From Plasmodiophora brassicae (lineage: Eukaryota): a DNA stretch of 64,000 nt. Location of the stretch: the NCBI GenBank assembly GCA_036867785.1, contig CP145420.1, forward strand, positions 806,001 to 870,000, given 5' to 3'. The notes below the pieces were generated by a model. It made no database searches. It was given only the letters and a program-made list of their open reading frames with translations, and was not told the DNA's origin. The translations under genes and the position numbers were made by a program. This document shows positions 22,198 to 33,760 of this stretch, one piece after another (the first letter of the stretch is position 1; each line of letters begins with the position of its first letter).

Positions 22198-24558
22198 TTA
22201 GGGATCGCTGAGTTCCACGATAGGATGCGCTCCTACCTCGTGGCCAGGGGCCGACAGTGCCTCAACGTGCTTAGCGAACATCTCCGTCCGGACCGCTTCA
22301 GGGAGTTTCTTGTAGCAGGAGTGGCTGTCGAGCATGGGCTGCGCAGAGTCCATCGACATTGGCCGGCGAACCTTCTTCGTCAACAGCTTGGAAAACAGGG
22401 CAGAGTACTTCTCGATCCGTTTCGCCGCATGCTGGGCACGCGACTGCGCATGGTCAATAAACTCAGCCAGCAGGACGCGGACATGCATCTCAGGGACGCC
22501 TTGGATCGCATCTGCACCGCCCAGTCGTTCACAGAGGCCGTCGACGGTATCGGTCTCCGACACTGCCGCGACTCCCGCGTTCGCAAGCGCCTCTTTCAGT
22601 TTCTTGCGACTATTGTGGACACGATCCTGAATGATGACGTTAGGGCGCGACCAAGTGCAGCATGGAATAATAGCACGTCAAGCGTACCTCAAGATCATCG
22701 CAGAAGTCATCAAAGAGCGTCTGCGGAGAGAACTTTTCGTCTTGGGACAGAGCAATGAACCGCGCGTCGTCACGTATCGTTTCCGCGAATGAGCGCCACC
22801 TTGTGCGTAAATGGAGTTTACCAGCTTGGACTTGTTCCTGGAGGAGATTGCGGTAATCGACGCGACGCTTCTTCTCGGCTTCGCGAAGAGCCTCTTTCTC
22901 CGCTAGCGCCTTCGCGGCTTCTTCCCGCTTCAGATCTGACATGACTCCTTCAAAGACCTGCTCACCATGTCAGATACTGAAAGCGAGACTCCCCTCGACA
23001 ACATTACCTTAAGCGCATCAGCAGGATCCAAAGCCTTGTACGTTGGTTCGGAGGCGAGCGTTTCAAGTAGCTCGCGCCACTGAGTATTGAGAGTAATTAT
23101 TTCCCCGGATTGAAGGAAGTCTCGAAACGCGGCTTCGGCAGCCTGGCGCGCTTCAATTTTCGCCTTACGCTCCGCGTCGGCAAGCTTATCGATGTGGTCG
23201 TAGAACAGATCCTCACGTGTGCGAGTATCGCAAGCAGTGTACCTGACGTCCTTTAGCCTCCAGAAACGCGCTGTCCAAATACCGAGCTCACCTTGGGTCA
23301 AGGCGGATTTTTGGTTCCAGTTCGACGAAGCGCATCCGGGAACGGATGATGTTAGAATGCTCTGCGAGCAGCGCCAAGAAGTCATCACGTTTCTGTTGCT
23401 CGGCGCGCAATGCGTTTTCTTTCTCCCTTTCCGCATGTTCGACACACCACGACTTGAACACTTCTTTTCGGTCGGCTAGTTTTGGCAAAGCCGTGTACCG
23501 CTTGTCGTTCACAATCTTCGGAAGCGCTTGTTCCCAGGTTGCCGTCGAAGGGACACCTGAGGATGTTAACATCTCGCGGAACGCGGCCTCAGCCTCTTCT
23601 CGGTTCGCATACTGCGACGCATACGCGGCCTTGTAGGGGACCGCTACGACAGGATCCTGAATGACTTCGACAGGTTCCTCTGGCTTAGGACGGCTCGGCA
23701 ATTCCGGATGGGCCTGTTCACCATCGCGCGTTTCTGTCGGGATGGGCGATGGCTCTCCCGACAGCTCCGCCGTATGGTCCTGGTCAGCTGACTCTGCAGC
23801 CGTTTCCGAGTCAGCTGCTGATGCTGATTCAGGCTTGGTCCACGACGTTACGTTCGTTCGCGCATTATAATAGTACGGCTTGCCCTCGTTCGTATAGAAC
23901 GTTTGCCATTCGTCTTTAGGTTCCGTGGTGACCCCCGACGAGGTAAACTCTGGGGGGCAAGTCCACGTCGTTTCCTGTCCGCACGTCAGATCGGTGATGA
24001 CGCCAGCACGATGCAAGGCATACCTGTGTTTTGTTATTGAAATAGTAGACTTTTCCTTCAGGGGTTGTGAACGACGACCAATCGCCGACGGTCTGGCACG
24101 TGAAATGTCAGCAAACACGCAATCAGAGAATACAGGAAAAATAATTACACAATACCTTTGGGCCTTCCGGGGTCGCAGCGGGGCTCGCTTTCTCCTGACC
24201 AGCAGCGACCACTCCAGATGCTGGAGGTTGCCCTGCGGCAGGATAAGCGCCGTATCCGTATGGTGCAACGGGAGCACGTTGCATAGGTGAATACCCAGCA
24301 GACGGGGCCCCATATCCATAAGGCGCATATCCTGAAGGATATGGATACCGTCCTGGGTACGATGGCGCTCCTCCGTATGGTGCAGACGCCGGGAACGTCG
24401 TCGTCTGTGGGGCCGGCGGCGCGTCGCCGCCGTGCGACATGGCTGACGGCACGGCCGGCTGGTCCGGCCTACCCATCATCTTGAGCCTGTCCGGGTGAAT
24501 CTACACACGCACGTCAGCGGCGTGCATCACACAGCACACGGCAGTACGCGCATACCAT
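22198..24558 (-). CDS. PRPF40: Pre-mRNA processing factor 40 (WW and FF domains), multi-exon
   Basis: EWQTFYTNEGKPYYYNARTNVTSWTKP, AEAAFREML...TWEQALPKIVNDKRY...RKEVF, further FF repeats. Probable ATG-only first exon at 24556-24558 followed by GTATGC. Confidence 0.9.
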
Positions 24559-24756
24559 GATGAGATGTCCACCTAGCTCGCACCGAGCACCGACGTCGCG
24601 CTCACGTCTGCGTCGACAACACGTCAACTACTCCGCGGATATTTGCGCAGGTCGAGCACCGAAGTCCGACAGAGGGGCCTGGGAGCTGCGGGAACGCGTG
24701 CGTTCGCCATATCTGGACATTCTAGTTGACCTGACGCCTTTCAAATATGTGACAGT

Positions 24757-25695
24757 TTATTGCATTGTTTCGGCTGGCTCGTGTTCGACAAATTCGGACA
24801 CAATTTTGTCAGCCAATGGAACTGCATACGGCGGCTTATTCGCCGCGAGCTCCCACAGCACGAACCGACCCGACGTCGCCGAATTGACCCCCACTTTTTT
24901 CCACGTCGACGTGTCGGGGTTGACAGGAATGGGGAGTCTTATGCGAAATGTCGTTCGGGGCGCCTGACTGTACGATGGACGGTGGTGCGCGAGTTCTTCA
25001 TCGAGCGCATTCAGGCGTCCGTAGTATGTCTGCGGTTCGTCCGTCGATGCCCAAGTCGCGCACATGACCTGGGGTGAGAATAACGCAGCCGGCCAGCCAT
25101 AGGAAATGATGGCGGTCTGGGCGTCGTCCTCATCTAGATCGACATGGACGTCCTTGGCGTCGGGAATGCCGAACATCCCCGCACAGATGACCACGCGGTC
25201 CGTCTTTGTCGCTGCATCCCGGTAGACGGCGGCAATCACGGGAGGATTGTCGATATCCACGCCGGTACGGGTCTCCGACTCGCTGGGCAGAGCAAGCTTG
25301 TACCTCTTCCGACTGCTTTTTGAATCCGAGTCATCGCCATTCGATTCATCATTGTCCTCGCTCTTGTCTTCTGGCGCGCTTGTATCACCTCCTTCATTGT
25401 CGCCTTCTTTGCCTTCTTCAGACGAGCGCACTGGAGTACATATTAGAATAAATAAACGTAATGGTGTACGTTGCTTACGGAAAGTGCCCTGCTTCAGCTT
25501 CGTCTCGTTAAAATGACGCCGGAACTTGTCCATGGTGTACGCCTGGAAATCTGGATACTTATTGTATACGTCCTGCGGCCGAGTCGTCGAGGTTATCGTC
25601 CCGTCGGCGCAAAGCCTGTCCAGCAGTCGTTGCGCCGCAGACTTCTGGGTCCAACGCTTCATTTTAGGGTGTGTCGCGTTCTCACGTTGCAACAT
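24757..25695 (-). CDS. Transposon accessory ORF (probable DNA-binding partner of the transposase)
   Basis: 312-aa ORF inside the TIRs with helical N-terminus WTQKSAAQRLL...PQDVYNKYPDFQAYTMDKFRRHF and an acidic linker. A possible in-frame intron lies near 25.43-25.48 kb. Confidence 0.7.
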   Translation of the reverse strand: MLQRENATHPKMKRWTQKSAAQRLLDRLCADGTITSTTRPQDVYNKYPDFQAYTMDKFRRHFNETKLKQGTFRKQRTPLRLFILICTPVRSSEEGKEGDNEGGDTSAPEDKSEDNDESNGDDSDSKSSRKRYKLALPSESETRTGVDIDNPPVIAAVYRDAATKTDRVVICAGMFGIPDAKDVHVDLDEDDAQTAIISYGWPAALFSPQVMCATWASTDEPQTYYGRLNALDEELAHHRPSYSQAPRTTFRIRLPIPVNPDTSTWKKVGVNSATSGRFVLWELAANKPPYAVPLADKIVSEFVEHEPAETMQ

Positions 25696-26343
25696 CGGTC
25701 ACCAGATGTTTCAACGCAGTTCTCCCTCCGTTCGTCTAATTGGGCCCCGTTTCGGATTGGGCCCCCTTCGTCGGGTCGGGCGACCCCCTCGTCGGATCTG
25801 GCACCCGGCATCCCGTTTGTCGGATCGGGGCTCTACGCCAATGACGTATTTGGCGGGAAGGCAATCGACGGCTTTTGCAGCACGCCAAATACGTCATTGG
25901 CGCCTGTAACGTAACGCAGGAACGTCTACTCATACGACTTCTCCGTCATACCCTGTGTGGACGATACGGTCTATGACCCTGGTTAGCGAGTAAGTTAACA
26001 CACCATATCGTGAACACCTTATACGTACCCTGCGGAATCGATAATGAAGGATTTCTCTTGAAATGCGGGCATTTGAACTTGAACATTATGCCGGTGCCCC
26101 GACCATTTGTGAACCTGATTATAACACAGCCATTTATGTGGAACAGAATTAGTCACGATTGAAAGAAAGTCGAATGTACGTAGCAGCCGGCAACTATCAA
26201 AGAAGAAGATATCGCGAAGCTATAGACGAGATATTGGCACTGGAATTGGTGTAGTACCGACGTTTCATCAACCTACGGACGTTTTGCATGGCGCCAAAGT
26301 CGTATTTGGCGTCAAGCCAAACGTCAACATTGGCCGCACGCAA

Positions 26344-27255
26344 ATGTCGACTTTGGCGGAGGCTGCCACAGCCGACGACTTCTGGGAGTTGGGACATACC
26401 CTGACCCGGCATCGGGTATCGCATGGAAGAGCCACCGGGCATCGTCGGTTCCGGGCGATGTTTGGTGTTTCCTCAGACGTTTGCTCTCTGCTGTGGGCAT
26501 TATTGCGAGGTGACCTGCCGCAAACAGCGAAGCCGATTCACTTATTGTGGTCGCTTCTGTTCTTAAAACGGTACGATACTGAGCACATCAACCGAGCAAT
26601 AACGGGAGCCGATGAAAAAACGTTCCGGAAATGGGTATGGGCGTTCATACAGCGGCTTGCCAATCTTGCAGTGGTATTATTCGCATACAACTGGCATGTT
26701 TAATTCCTGGTTGACCTGTGCATTCAGATCCAATGGAAAGACCGCTTCGCCGGTGCTCCAAGGCATTGCAATTGTTTCGTGTCTTTGGACGCGACTGATT
26801 GCCCCATACAGGAGCCGTCGCCGTTCGATCGAAAATGGTATTCCCACAAAATCAATGGGCCAGGGGTCCGGTACGAGGTTGGAATATGTATTAGAACTGG
26901 TCGAATTGTCTGGGTCTCCGGGGGTGTTCCTTGTGGTGATTGGCCCGACCTAAAGCTGGCACGGTTCGGTTACCTGGCACATGTTCGCCAAGGGGAAGTA
27001 ACGATTGCGGACAAAGGTTACCGTGATCGTGGCTTTTTCAAGTGGCCTGAAGATGATGATCCAATGAACACCATAATCAAACGCATTTTGGCCCGACACG
27101 AAACGGTCAACAAGCGTCTGAAGGTGTTCGAAGTGCTGAACCAGCCGTTCCGACATCCGCGCTATCGCCATCCGCAATGCATGCATGCGGTCGCCAACGT
27201 TGTGCAAATGATGCTGCAGAACGGCGAACCATTATTTAGTGTCCAACCAGTATGA
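26344..27255 (+). CDS. DDE transposase (DDE_Tnp_4/Harbinger-like), intron ~26674-26728
   Basis: FRAMFGVS, PIHLLWSLLFLKRY...DEKTFRKWVW, SLDATDCPI, WYSHKINGPGVRYEV, IADKGY, ARHETVNKRLK. Confidence 0.9.
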
Positions 27256-28107
27256 TCCCACAGCATATGCATCGATCACCACTGAGCATATGGCGCATAT
27301 TCCCCAACATTTTGTTAAACGCTTTCAGTTCAACGCGCCAGCAGCTTTGCCAGCTCTCGTATATGGAAATTACTACCGGGTGTTACTAAGTCCATACTCT
27401 ACGATGTCACAAGGATGCAGATTTATTATCATTGTTGGGTTCTGATCAATTATTGTTATTGGTAGCAGATTTCGTAATGTATGACGGTTCCCGCAGCTCC
27501 CTGGGCCTCCATCCATCCCGCATCGTCTGTCTCCGTCGGCGTCCGTTCCCGGAATGTTCGCAGTTCGCATTTGGAGGACCGGCTGTCGCCTTCCCAGCCG
27601 TCGCATTACGGCATGTGCAGGGTCGCATCTGATGCAGATTCAGGTTTATTGCAAGGCCCACTTCCGTGCTGGAACAAGTCGGAGAACTCTCGTGGTGAAT
27701 TCGGGACTGATGTACGGCACAGTTGCTCGCAGACGTTTCACATCTGGCTGCTTTAGTGGGTTTTTGCGCTTCTCACATGCGACCACGACACACGTTGAGG
27801 GCGCGTCCACGGCGGAGCGGAAACCGTAAACGTGTAGCCGGTCATTTATGCAAAGCCACCACGCAAGGTGCCAGTCGCGCAAAACAAACCCATTGCCGCG
27901 ACTGGCGACTGGCGCAGAGCACGCCCGGCCGGCACACCAAAGTGGCATTGGGGTTGACCTCCGACAGTGGGGGGTAACTCCGTCCGTGTCCCGCCAAACG
28001 AACGACGGGTCCCGCTCCCAACTCCCATCCCTTTGCCTGTGGGCTGAGCGCCTTTTTGGTCCGAACCTCATAACACTATCCGGCGGGTGGCAGTCGGCAT
28101 GTCGACG

Positions 28108-28491
28108 ATGTCGAGGGTGGCCCAAGCCGTGGTAATGGTCGCCGTAGTTACGCTGTCGCTCGTCTCGCTTCGTCCAGCCGGCGTTGTCGTGCCCGACAGC
28201 GCCGTTCGTAATGGACGCGAGCGTCCACCTGCTGGGAGGCCTGCAGTACCGCAGAGCAAGGGGCGAGCGGAGTCGGACAAGAAGCGTCACGATGACGTCG
28301 ATCGTGTACAGAGCAAGCCGACACCCTTCTTCGAGAAGCACTGGCTGACGATCGTGTCCGCTGCTGCTGTCACCGTCGTCGTATGTGTCCTCGCAATCGT
28401 GATCGTCATCTGTCGTCGCAAGCGCAGGAAAGCCCCTGCTGCCGACTGGTCAACAATGACGTTCGCCATCTCTCATCCGGAAGTGGTCTGA
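28108..28491 (+). CDS. Small type I membrane protein
   Basis: Hydrophobic N-terminus (AVVMVAVVTLSLVSL), TM segment WLTIVSAAAVTVVVCVLAIVIVIC, then RRKRRK. Confidence 0.6.
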   Translation: MSRVAQAVVMVAVVTLSLVSLRPAGVVVPDSAVRNGRERPPAGRPAVPQSKGRAESDKKRHDDVDRVQSKPTPFFEKHWLTIVSAAAVTVVVCVLAIVIVICRRKRRKAPAADWSTMTFAISHPEVV

Positions 28492-28727
28492 TCGCGTCCA
28501 GCTTCGTTCAGGTTGGGTTATCTTAATATATCAGCCTGCGATTCGTTGCGCTGTGCTCCGGAAACGTGTCGTCAATGGTTCCAGTACGACAGTGCTGTCA
28601 TGGTTACCGCTGGGATGCCCTCCCCGTCGTACGCGGCAGGATCTGTACTGGTGGTTTATTCTAGTAACAGATGAACGCGTCACTCGTTCAACAATGGTTG
28701 CATGTACAGGAGGAGGTCAGTATTGGA

Positions 28728-30279
28728 TCAGGCGAACTGCTCCATATCAGTGTGGTTGGAAAGCGGCTTGCCGATCGCGTACACTTCGAAGCCGATCTTT
28801 CGCAACGCCTCGTGGTCAAGGATGTTGCGGCCGTCGAAGACGAACGTCGGCCGCTCCATCACAGCATAAACCTTCGCCCAGTCGAGCGTGCGGAACTCAT
28901 CCCACTCAGTCATGATGGCGATGGCGTGCGACCCCTTGGCGGCATCGTACGCATTCGCATGCATCGTGACGACATCATTGTGGTTAACGTCCTGCGCCAG
29001 CTGGGGCTCGTAGTACTGCAGGTCGGAGAAGACCTGATCCGACTCGACCTTGGGGTCGTACACCGCGAGGCAAGCGCGATCTTCCATGAGGTGCTTCGCG
29101 ACGTACACGGCCGCCGTCTCACGCGTGTCACCAGTGTCCTTCTTGAACGCCCAGCCGAGGATTGCAATACGCTTGCCGGAAACCGTGTTGAACATCGTCT
29201 TGATGATGTTGCGAGCGAACCGTGACTTCTGGTAGTCGTTCATGAGGACGACTTGGTCCCAGTAACGGGCGACCTCGTCGAGGCCGAACGATTCGCACAG
29301 GTAGACGAGGTTCAGGATGTCCTTCTGGAAACAGCTGCCGCCGAATCCGACAGACGAGTTCAGGAAACGCGAGCCAATTCGTGAGTCCCGCCCGATAGCG
29401 TATGCGACCTCGGAGACATCCGCACCGGTCACCTATGCCAGGCATGTCAACCCTCTGGAGAACCACATGTACCTGCGAACGACGTACCTCACACAGTGCC
29501 GAGATCGAGTTGATAGACGAGATACGCTGGGCAAGGAACGCGTTCGCGACGAGCTTGGAGAGTTCAGAGCTCCACAGGTTCGTCGTAATGACGTTCTCGC
29601 GGGGAACCCAGTGTTCGTACACCCAGACAAGACGGGCAACAGCCGCTTGGCCGGCTTCAGTTGTGGGCCCCCCAATCAGAACACGATCAGGCTTGAACAG
29701 GTCGGCAACCGCCGTGCCTTCGGCCAGGAACTCTGGGTTCGACAGGATCTGGTACCGGTGGCCGTTCTCGTTCGCATGAAGGACACGCGCCATGGAATGC
29801 GCCGTCCGCACTGGCAGCGTGCTCTTCTCCACGACGATCTTCGGGCCATTCGACACACGCGCGATGTGTCGCGCCGCCAGCTCCCAGTTCTTCAGGTTCG
29901 CAGCACGCCCAGCACCGACGCCATGCGTTTTCGTAGGCGTATTCACCGACACGAATATGATTTCGCATTCGCGAATCGCCGCGTCGATGTCAGTCGTGAA
30001 GAACAAGTTCACGCCGCGCGACTTCTCGACCTAGAAGCGACAGTCAGGGCACTTGAGCAGCGTCAGCTGGGCGGTAAACAAGTGGGGTACCAGTTCCTGC
30101 AGTCCGGGTTCGTAGATCGGCAGGTTCGACGAGTTCCAGGCCGCGATCTGTTTCGGGTTGATGTCGCAGACGGTGACCTTGACGTTCGGGCACTTGGCCG
30201 CGATCACGGCCATCGTTGGCCCGCCGACGTACCCGGCTCCCAGGCAGCAGATCTTGCATTCGAACGTCGGCATGACCAT
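28728..30279 (-). CDS. UGDH: UDP-glucose 6-dehydrogenase, spliced
   Basis: [94 protein letters not shown]. Confidence 0.97.
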
Positions 30280-30610
30280 TAGTCGCTTCAAGGGAGACGG
30301 CGCTGATCCCGATCCACGACACTCAGTCCAACCTGTGCCCGTCTCGCGTTCAGGCCTCACGTCAGACTGAAACGCAGCGCAACCAACGTGGGCCTGTTAA
30401 AAATATCTCCAGAGGCGCCTTTGTTTTGCTGTCGGGTCCCTGGCCACGTCACTGGTGCCGGACGCGCGACGTGTCCCAACTCCCAACCCACCACGCTGCG
30501 GCAGCAGCCAGCCGGGGCGGACTCGGCGCACCCTCTGTCTGGCGGCTGCGCTGGCGACGAAACCATGTCGTGCGATAATAAATACGCGGGCGTTTAACCA
30601 ATGGACCCCT

Positions 30611-32647
30611 CTACCAGAAGTCCTCACAGGAGCACTTCCCGTCGCGGAAGTGATGGTGCCTGGTCGAATCGCGGACAAAGACCTCGCGGGCGAAGACGAC
30701 GGAGACGTGCTTGATTGCCTCGTGGCAGTCGGGGCAGACGCGCAGGTTCTTCGCCAGGCGAATGGGCTCGCCGGGCGGCACGCTCCGCAAGGCATGGGCG
30801 ACGGCGATCTTCTCGCTGTGACCGTAGACGGCGCGCCGCGCCTCGTCGTCCGTCCGTGCCGACCTCGTCACGTATGACAAGTCGGGGATGTACCCGTGCT
30901 CGACCAACTGATTCATCATGCTGGCGTGCATCGCGGCCAGGTCACGATCATTGCGGAGCCGCCTGTCGTTCGACGAGAAGTCCAGGCAGCAATCGGCGAG
31001 TTGCAGCGACGTCTGCCCGGATGCCTTGACGATCCCTCGGGTTCGGACCTCGTGACGCAAACGAGCCACGTCGGCCTGGCGCCCAGCCCGATAGTACATG
31101 TTCGACATGGAGACGTAGGCGCTGGCCAGGTCCTGGGTACCCGCGTCCGAACGCGACACGATGGCCGAGAAGGCGCGTTCGGCGCGATCCAGGTCGCGAT
31201 GCTTGACGCAGGCGGCCAGCACCATGTTCCACGAGATGACGCCCGCAGCAGGAGACGAGGACGCAAGCTTCTCAGCGGCATTCAGGTCCCCCAATCGACC
31301 GTGCATGTCGATCATGATGTTCACGTGTTGGTAATCGGCGGCAACGTTCCAGACGGTGGCGAATTCGGACAGGAACGCGTAGGCACGCGCCGTATCGCCA
31401 GCACGACAGCACCCGGTAAGGAGCGCAACGAGAGTCGACCTCGTCGGTCGCAGGTTCACCGCCTTCAGCCGTTCGTATACGCCGACCGCGTCGTCAAGCA
31501 GGCCTTGGTGCGCATAGGCGGTCATCATTGAATTGAACACGGCGGCGTCGGGTGTGAAAGCCGCACATCGGTCCTCGAACGCGGCTCTGGCACCGACAAG
31601 GTTGCTGCAGTGGCCGTAGGAGGCCACCAGCGCGCTGACCACGAAGTCGTCGTGCAGAAGGGACCTCGCTCGCGCATGCTCATGAAGCGCCTGGACGCCC
31701 GACAGGTTCGAGCAGCGCCCACACGCCTCGATCAGGCTGGTGAACACGCGGACGTCGACCGGGGCGTTACGCTGCAGCATGGTGTTGAACAGCGAGAGCG
31801 CCACAGAGATGTGCGCGTGCTTGCTGACGGCGAACAGGACGCGATTGTACGTGCTCTCGGTGGGTGCCAAGCCGAACGTGTCGTGCATGAGCGTCAGCGT
31901 GCTGACCGCTAGCCCGAATCGCTTCTGCTGCAGCAGCGCCTTGATCAGGTTGAAGAACGTCGGCTGACCGGCGTCGTGCGGGGCACGGTTCGACCGGAAC
32001 AGGTCCAGCATCTGTTCGGCGGCGTCAGCGCCCGCCGGGCACCCTGATTCCGCACAGCACGCCGCGACAATGGTCACCAGCTTCTTGGTGAACGCCACGT
32101 CGGACGCGATGGCATGTGACAGCAGAGGGATCGCTAACGCGGGCTGTTTCGACGCCCGGCATAGGTCGAAGACACCGAAGACGGCGATGGGCGTTCGCGG
32201 GCCACATTCCTTGTACAGGTCAACCGCTTCCTGAACGGGCGGAGGGTTCGCCGCCTTACAAGCGGACAGGAACGTGCAGAACAGGGCCTCGGTGATGGGA
32301 ACCTGGCGCCTGCCGGCGACACGAAGCACGTCGGCGGCCTTGTGCGGTTGGACGCGCCGGCAGAATTGCATCATCGGGTGGAACAGGCGGACGTCGACCG
32401 GGCACCCGGACTGCAGGACATGCTCGAACGCCGACCAGACCCGCACGGGATCGTCGTCGTGCAACGCCAGCTTGGCGGCAATGGCCGGCGTCGGATGCCG
32501 AAGGAACGTGGCATGCATGCGCAGCGGCGACCCGGTCGCGCTGTCGCCCACGTACGACGACAGCGCCCGCCATCGTCGTCGTGCAGGACGCCGCGAGAGG
32601 CTCTGGCCCGACAGCCATGCGATCCTCTGGCAGGCGACCCGCGTCAT
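30611..32647 (-). CDS. PLS-class PPR protein with C-terminal DYW deaminase domain (ends DFW), intronless
   Basis: PPR motifs (VVSALVASYGHCS, FNSMMTAYAHQG, MIDMHGRLGDL), GYIPD, HSEKIA, KNLRVCPDCH, HHFRDGKCSCEDFW. Confidence 0.93.
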   Translation of the reverse strand: MTRVACQRIAWLSGQSLSRRPARRRWRALSSYVGDSATGSPLRMHATFLRHPTPAIAAKLALHDDDPVRVWSAFEHVLQSGCPVDVRLFHPMMQFCRRVQPHKAADVLRVAGRRQVPITEALFCTFLSACKAANPPPVQEAVDLYKECGPRTPIAVFGVFDLCRASKQPALAIPLLSHAIASDVAFTKKLVTIVAACCAESGCPAGADAAEQMLDLFRSNRAPHDAGQPTFFNLIKALLQQKRFGLAVSTLTLMHDTFGLAPTESTYNRVLFAVSKHAHISVALSLFNTMLQRNAPVDVRVFTSLIEACGRCSNLSGVQALHEHARARSLLHDDFVVSALVASYGHCSNLVGARAAFEDRCAAFTPDAAVFNSMMTAYAHQGLLDDAVGVYERLKAVNLRPTRSTLVALLTGCCRAGDTARAYAFLSEFATVWNVAADYQHVNIMIDMHGRLGDLNAAEKLASSSPAAGVISWNMVLAACVKHRDLDRAERAFSAIVSRSDAGTQDLASAYVSMSNMYYRAGRQADVARLRHEVRTRGIVKASGQTSLQLADCCLDFSSNDRRLRNDRDLAAMHASMMNQLVEHGYIPDLSYVTRSARTDDEARRAVYGHSEKIAVAHALRSVPPGEPIRLAKNLRVCPDCHEAIKHVSVVFAREVFVRDSTRHHHFRDGKCSCEDFW

Positions 32648-32784
32648 GCGGGGTCCGCAACGACAAGGAACTACCTACCCCGCGTCACGAGCAGAACCAA
32701 CCCGGACACCTCGTGCTGGTTATCAGCAATTTATTTTCATATAAAAAACGTGAATTCCGACAGGAAAGAGTTACGGACGGCGGA

Positions 32785-33243
32785 TCAGAACTCCTGGGAG
32801 CCGGACGCCTTGCCGCCCTTGGCCTTGGTGGCGGTCTCCTTCTTCGGCGCCGGGGCGGGCGTCGCCTCGCCGGCCTTCTTCTTGGGCAGCAGGACGGAGT
32901 GGATGTTGGGCAGGACACCGCCTTGCGCGATCGTGACGTCGTGCAGGAGCTTGTTCAGTTCCTCGTCGTTGCGGATGGCGAGCTGGACGTGACGCGGGAT
33001 GATACGCGTCTTCTTGTTGTCACGGGCAGCGTTGCCGGCCAGTTCGAGGATTTCGGCGGCCAGGTACTCGAGGACGGCGGCCAGGTAGACGGGCGCGCCG
33101 CCACCGACACGGGCGGCGTAACGGCCGTCACGCAGGAAACGGTTGATACGACCGACGGGGAACTGCAGGCCGGCGCGCGCCGAACGCGTCTGCGACTTGC
33201 CGCCCTTGGACTTGCCGCGCCCACCCTTGCCCTTGCCCGACAT
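32785..33243 (-). CDS. H2AX: Histone H2A.X-type variant
   Basis: [12 protein letters not shown]...[23 protein letters not shown] core, C-terminal SQEF. Confidence 0.95.
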   Translation of the reverse strand: MSGKGKGGRGKSKGGKSQTRSARAGLQFPVGRINRFLRDGRYAARVGGGAPVYLAAVLEYLAAEILELAGNAARDNKKTRIIPRHVQLAIRNDEELNKLLHDVTIAQGGVLPNIHSVLLPKKKAGEATPAPAPKKETATKAKGGKASGSQEF

Positions 33244-33399
33244 GCTGACGGCTCACAAACGACGCGCGACAACCGGCAGGAACACCAACGGAATGAAGTG
33301 TGAACTCCGTGGGCGGACGTTGCCCCACGCGACGACGGCAGGGCGCGGCCCACCACTCGCCACGACGCCCGTCGCCACGCGACACGGGGGCCGCCCGCG

Positions 33400-33435
33400 T
33401 TTCCCGCCAAAATCCGGGGAATTTGCCCGCCAAAA
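33400..33435. promoter_or_regulatory. Tandem E2F-like sites upstream of H2A.X
   Basis: TTTCCCGCCAAAA (33400-33412) and TTTGCCCGCCAAAA (33422-33435). Confidence 0.5.
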
Positions 33436-33760
33436 CTCGCCGGCCCACTCAACTGACCTGCAGCAGTTGCACAGCGTCAAGTCAGCGCCAGACAGGGGTC
33501 TGTCTGGCCTCCCGCCCGTGTCGCCGCTCGCCCCGCGTACGCCGTGTTCCCGGTCGGGGGGCACCTGGCACCCCCTGTCCCGGCCACGTATCGCGCACGA
33601 CGACGAGATCGAAACGAGACACTGCGATCGTTGGGCTGTCGGTCCACCGTGTACCTAGTGCGATAAACGCGTCGATGGTTTTCGTACTGGAAGCCGTCGT
33701 GGGGGTTGTACGCGCGACCAACGTGGCCGGCCCACTTTTCAGGCGTGCGCTCCGTGCGTG

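Larger units (their letters stand above)
24682..27500. mobile_element. Complete PIF/Harbinger-superfamily DNA transposon (2819 bp)
   Basis: Perfect 14-bp TIR GGAGCTGCGGGAAC (24682-24695) / GTTCCCGCAGCTCC (27487-27500). 3-bp TSD CTG at 24679-24681 and 27501-27503. Two divergent ORFs inside. Confidence 0.9.

Noticed and set aside
29317-30282. 321-aa plus-strand ORF, and similar long antisense ORFs over H2A, BAG6-like, PPR and haloperoxidase-like genes
   Set aside because: Antisense shadows caused by high GC at third codon positions; they carry no motifs.
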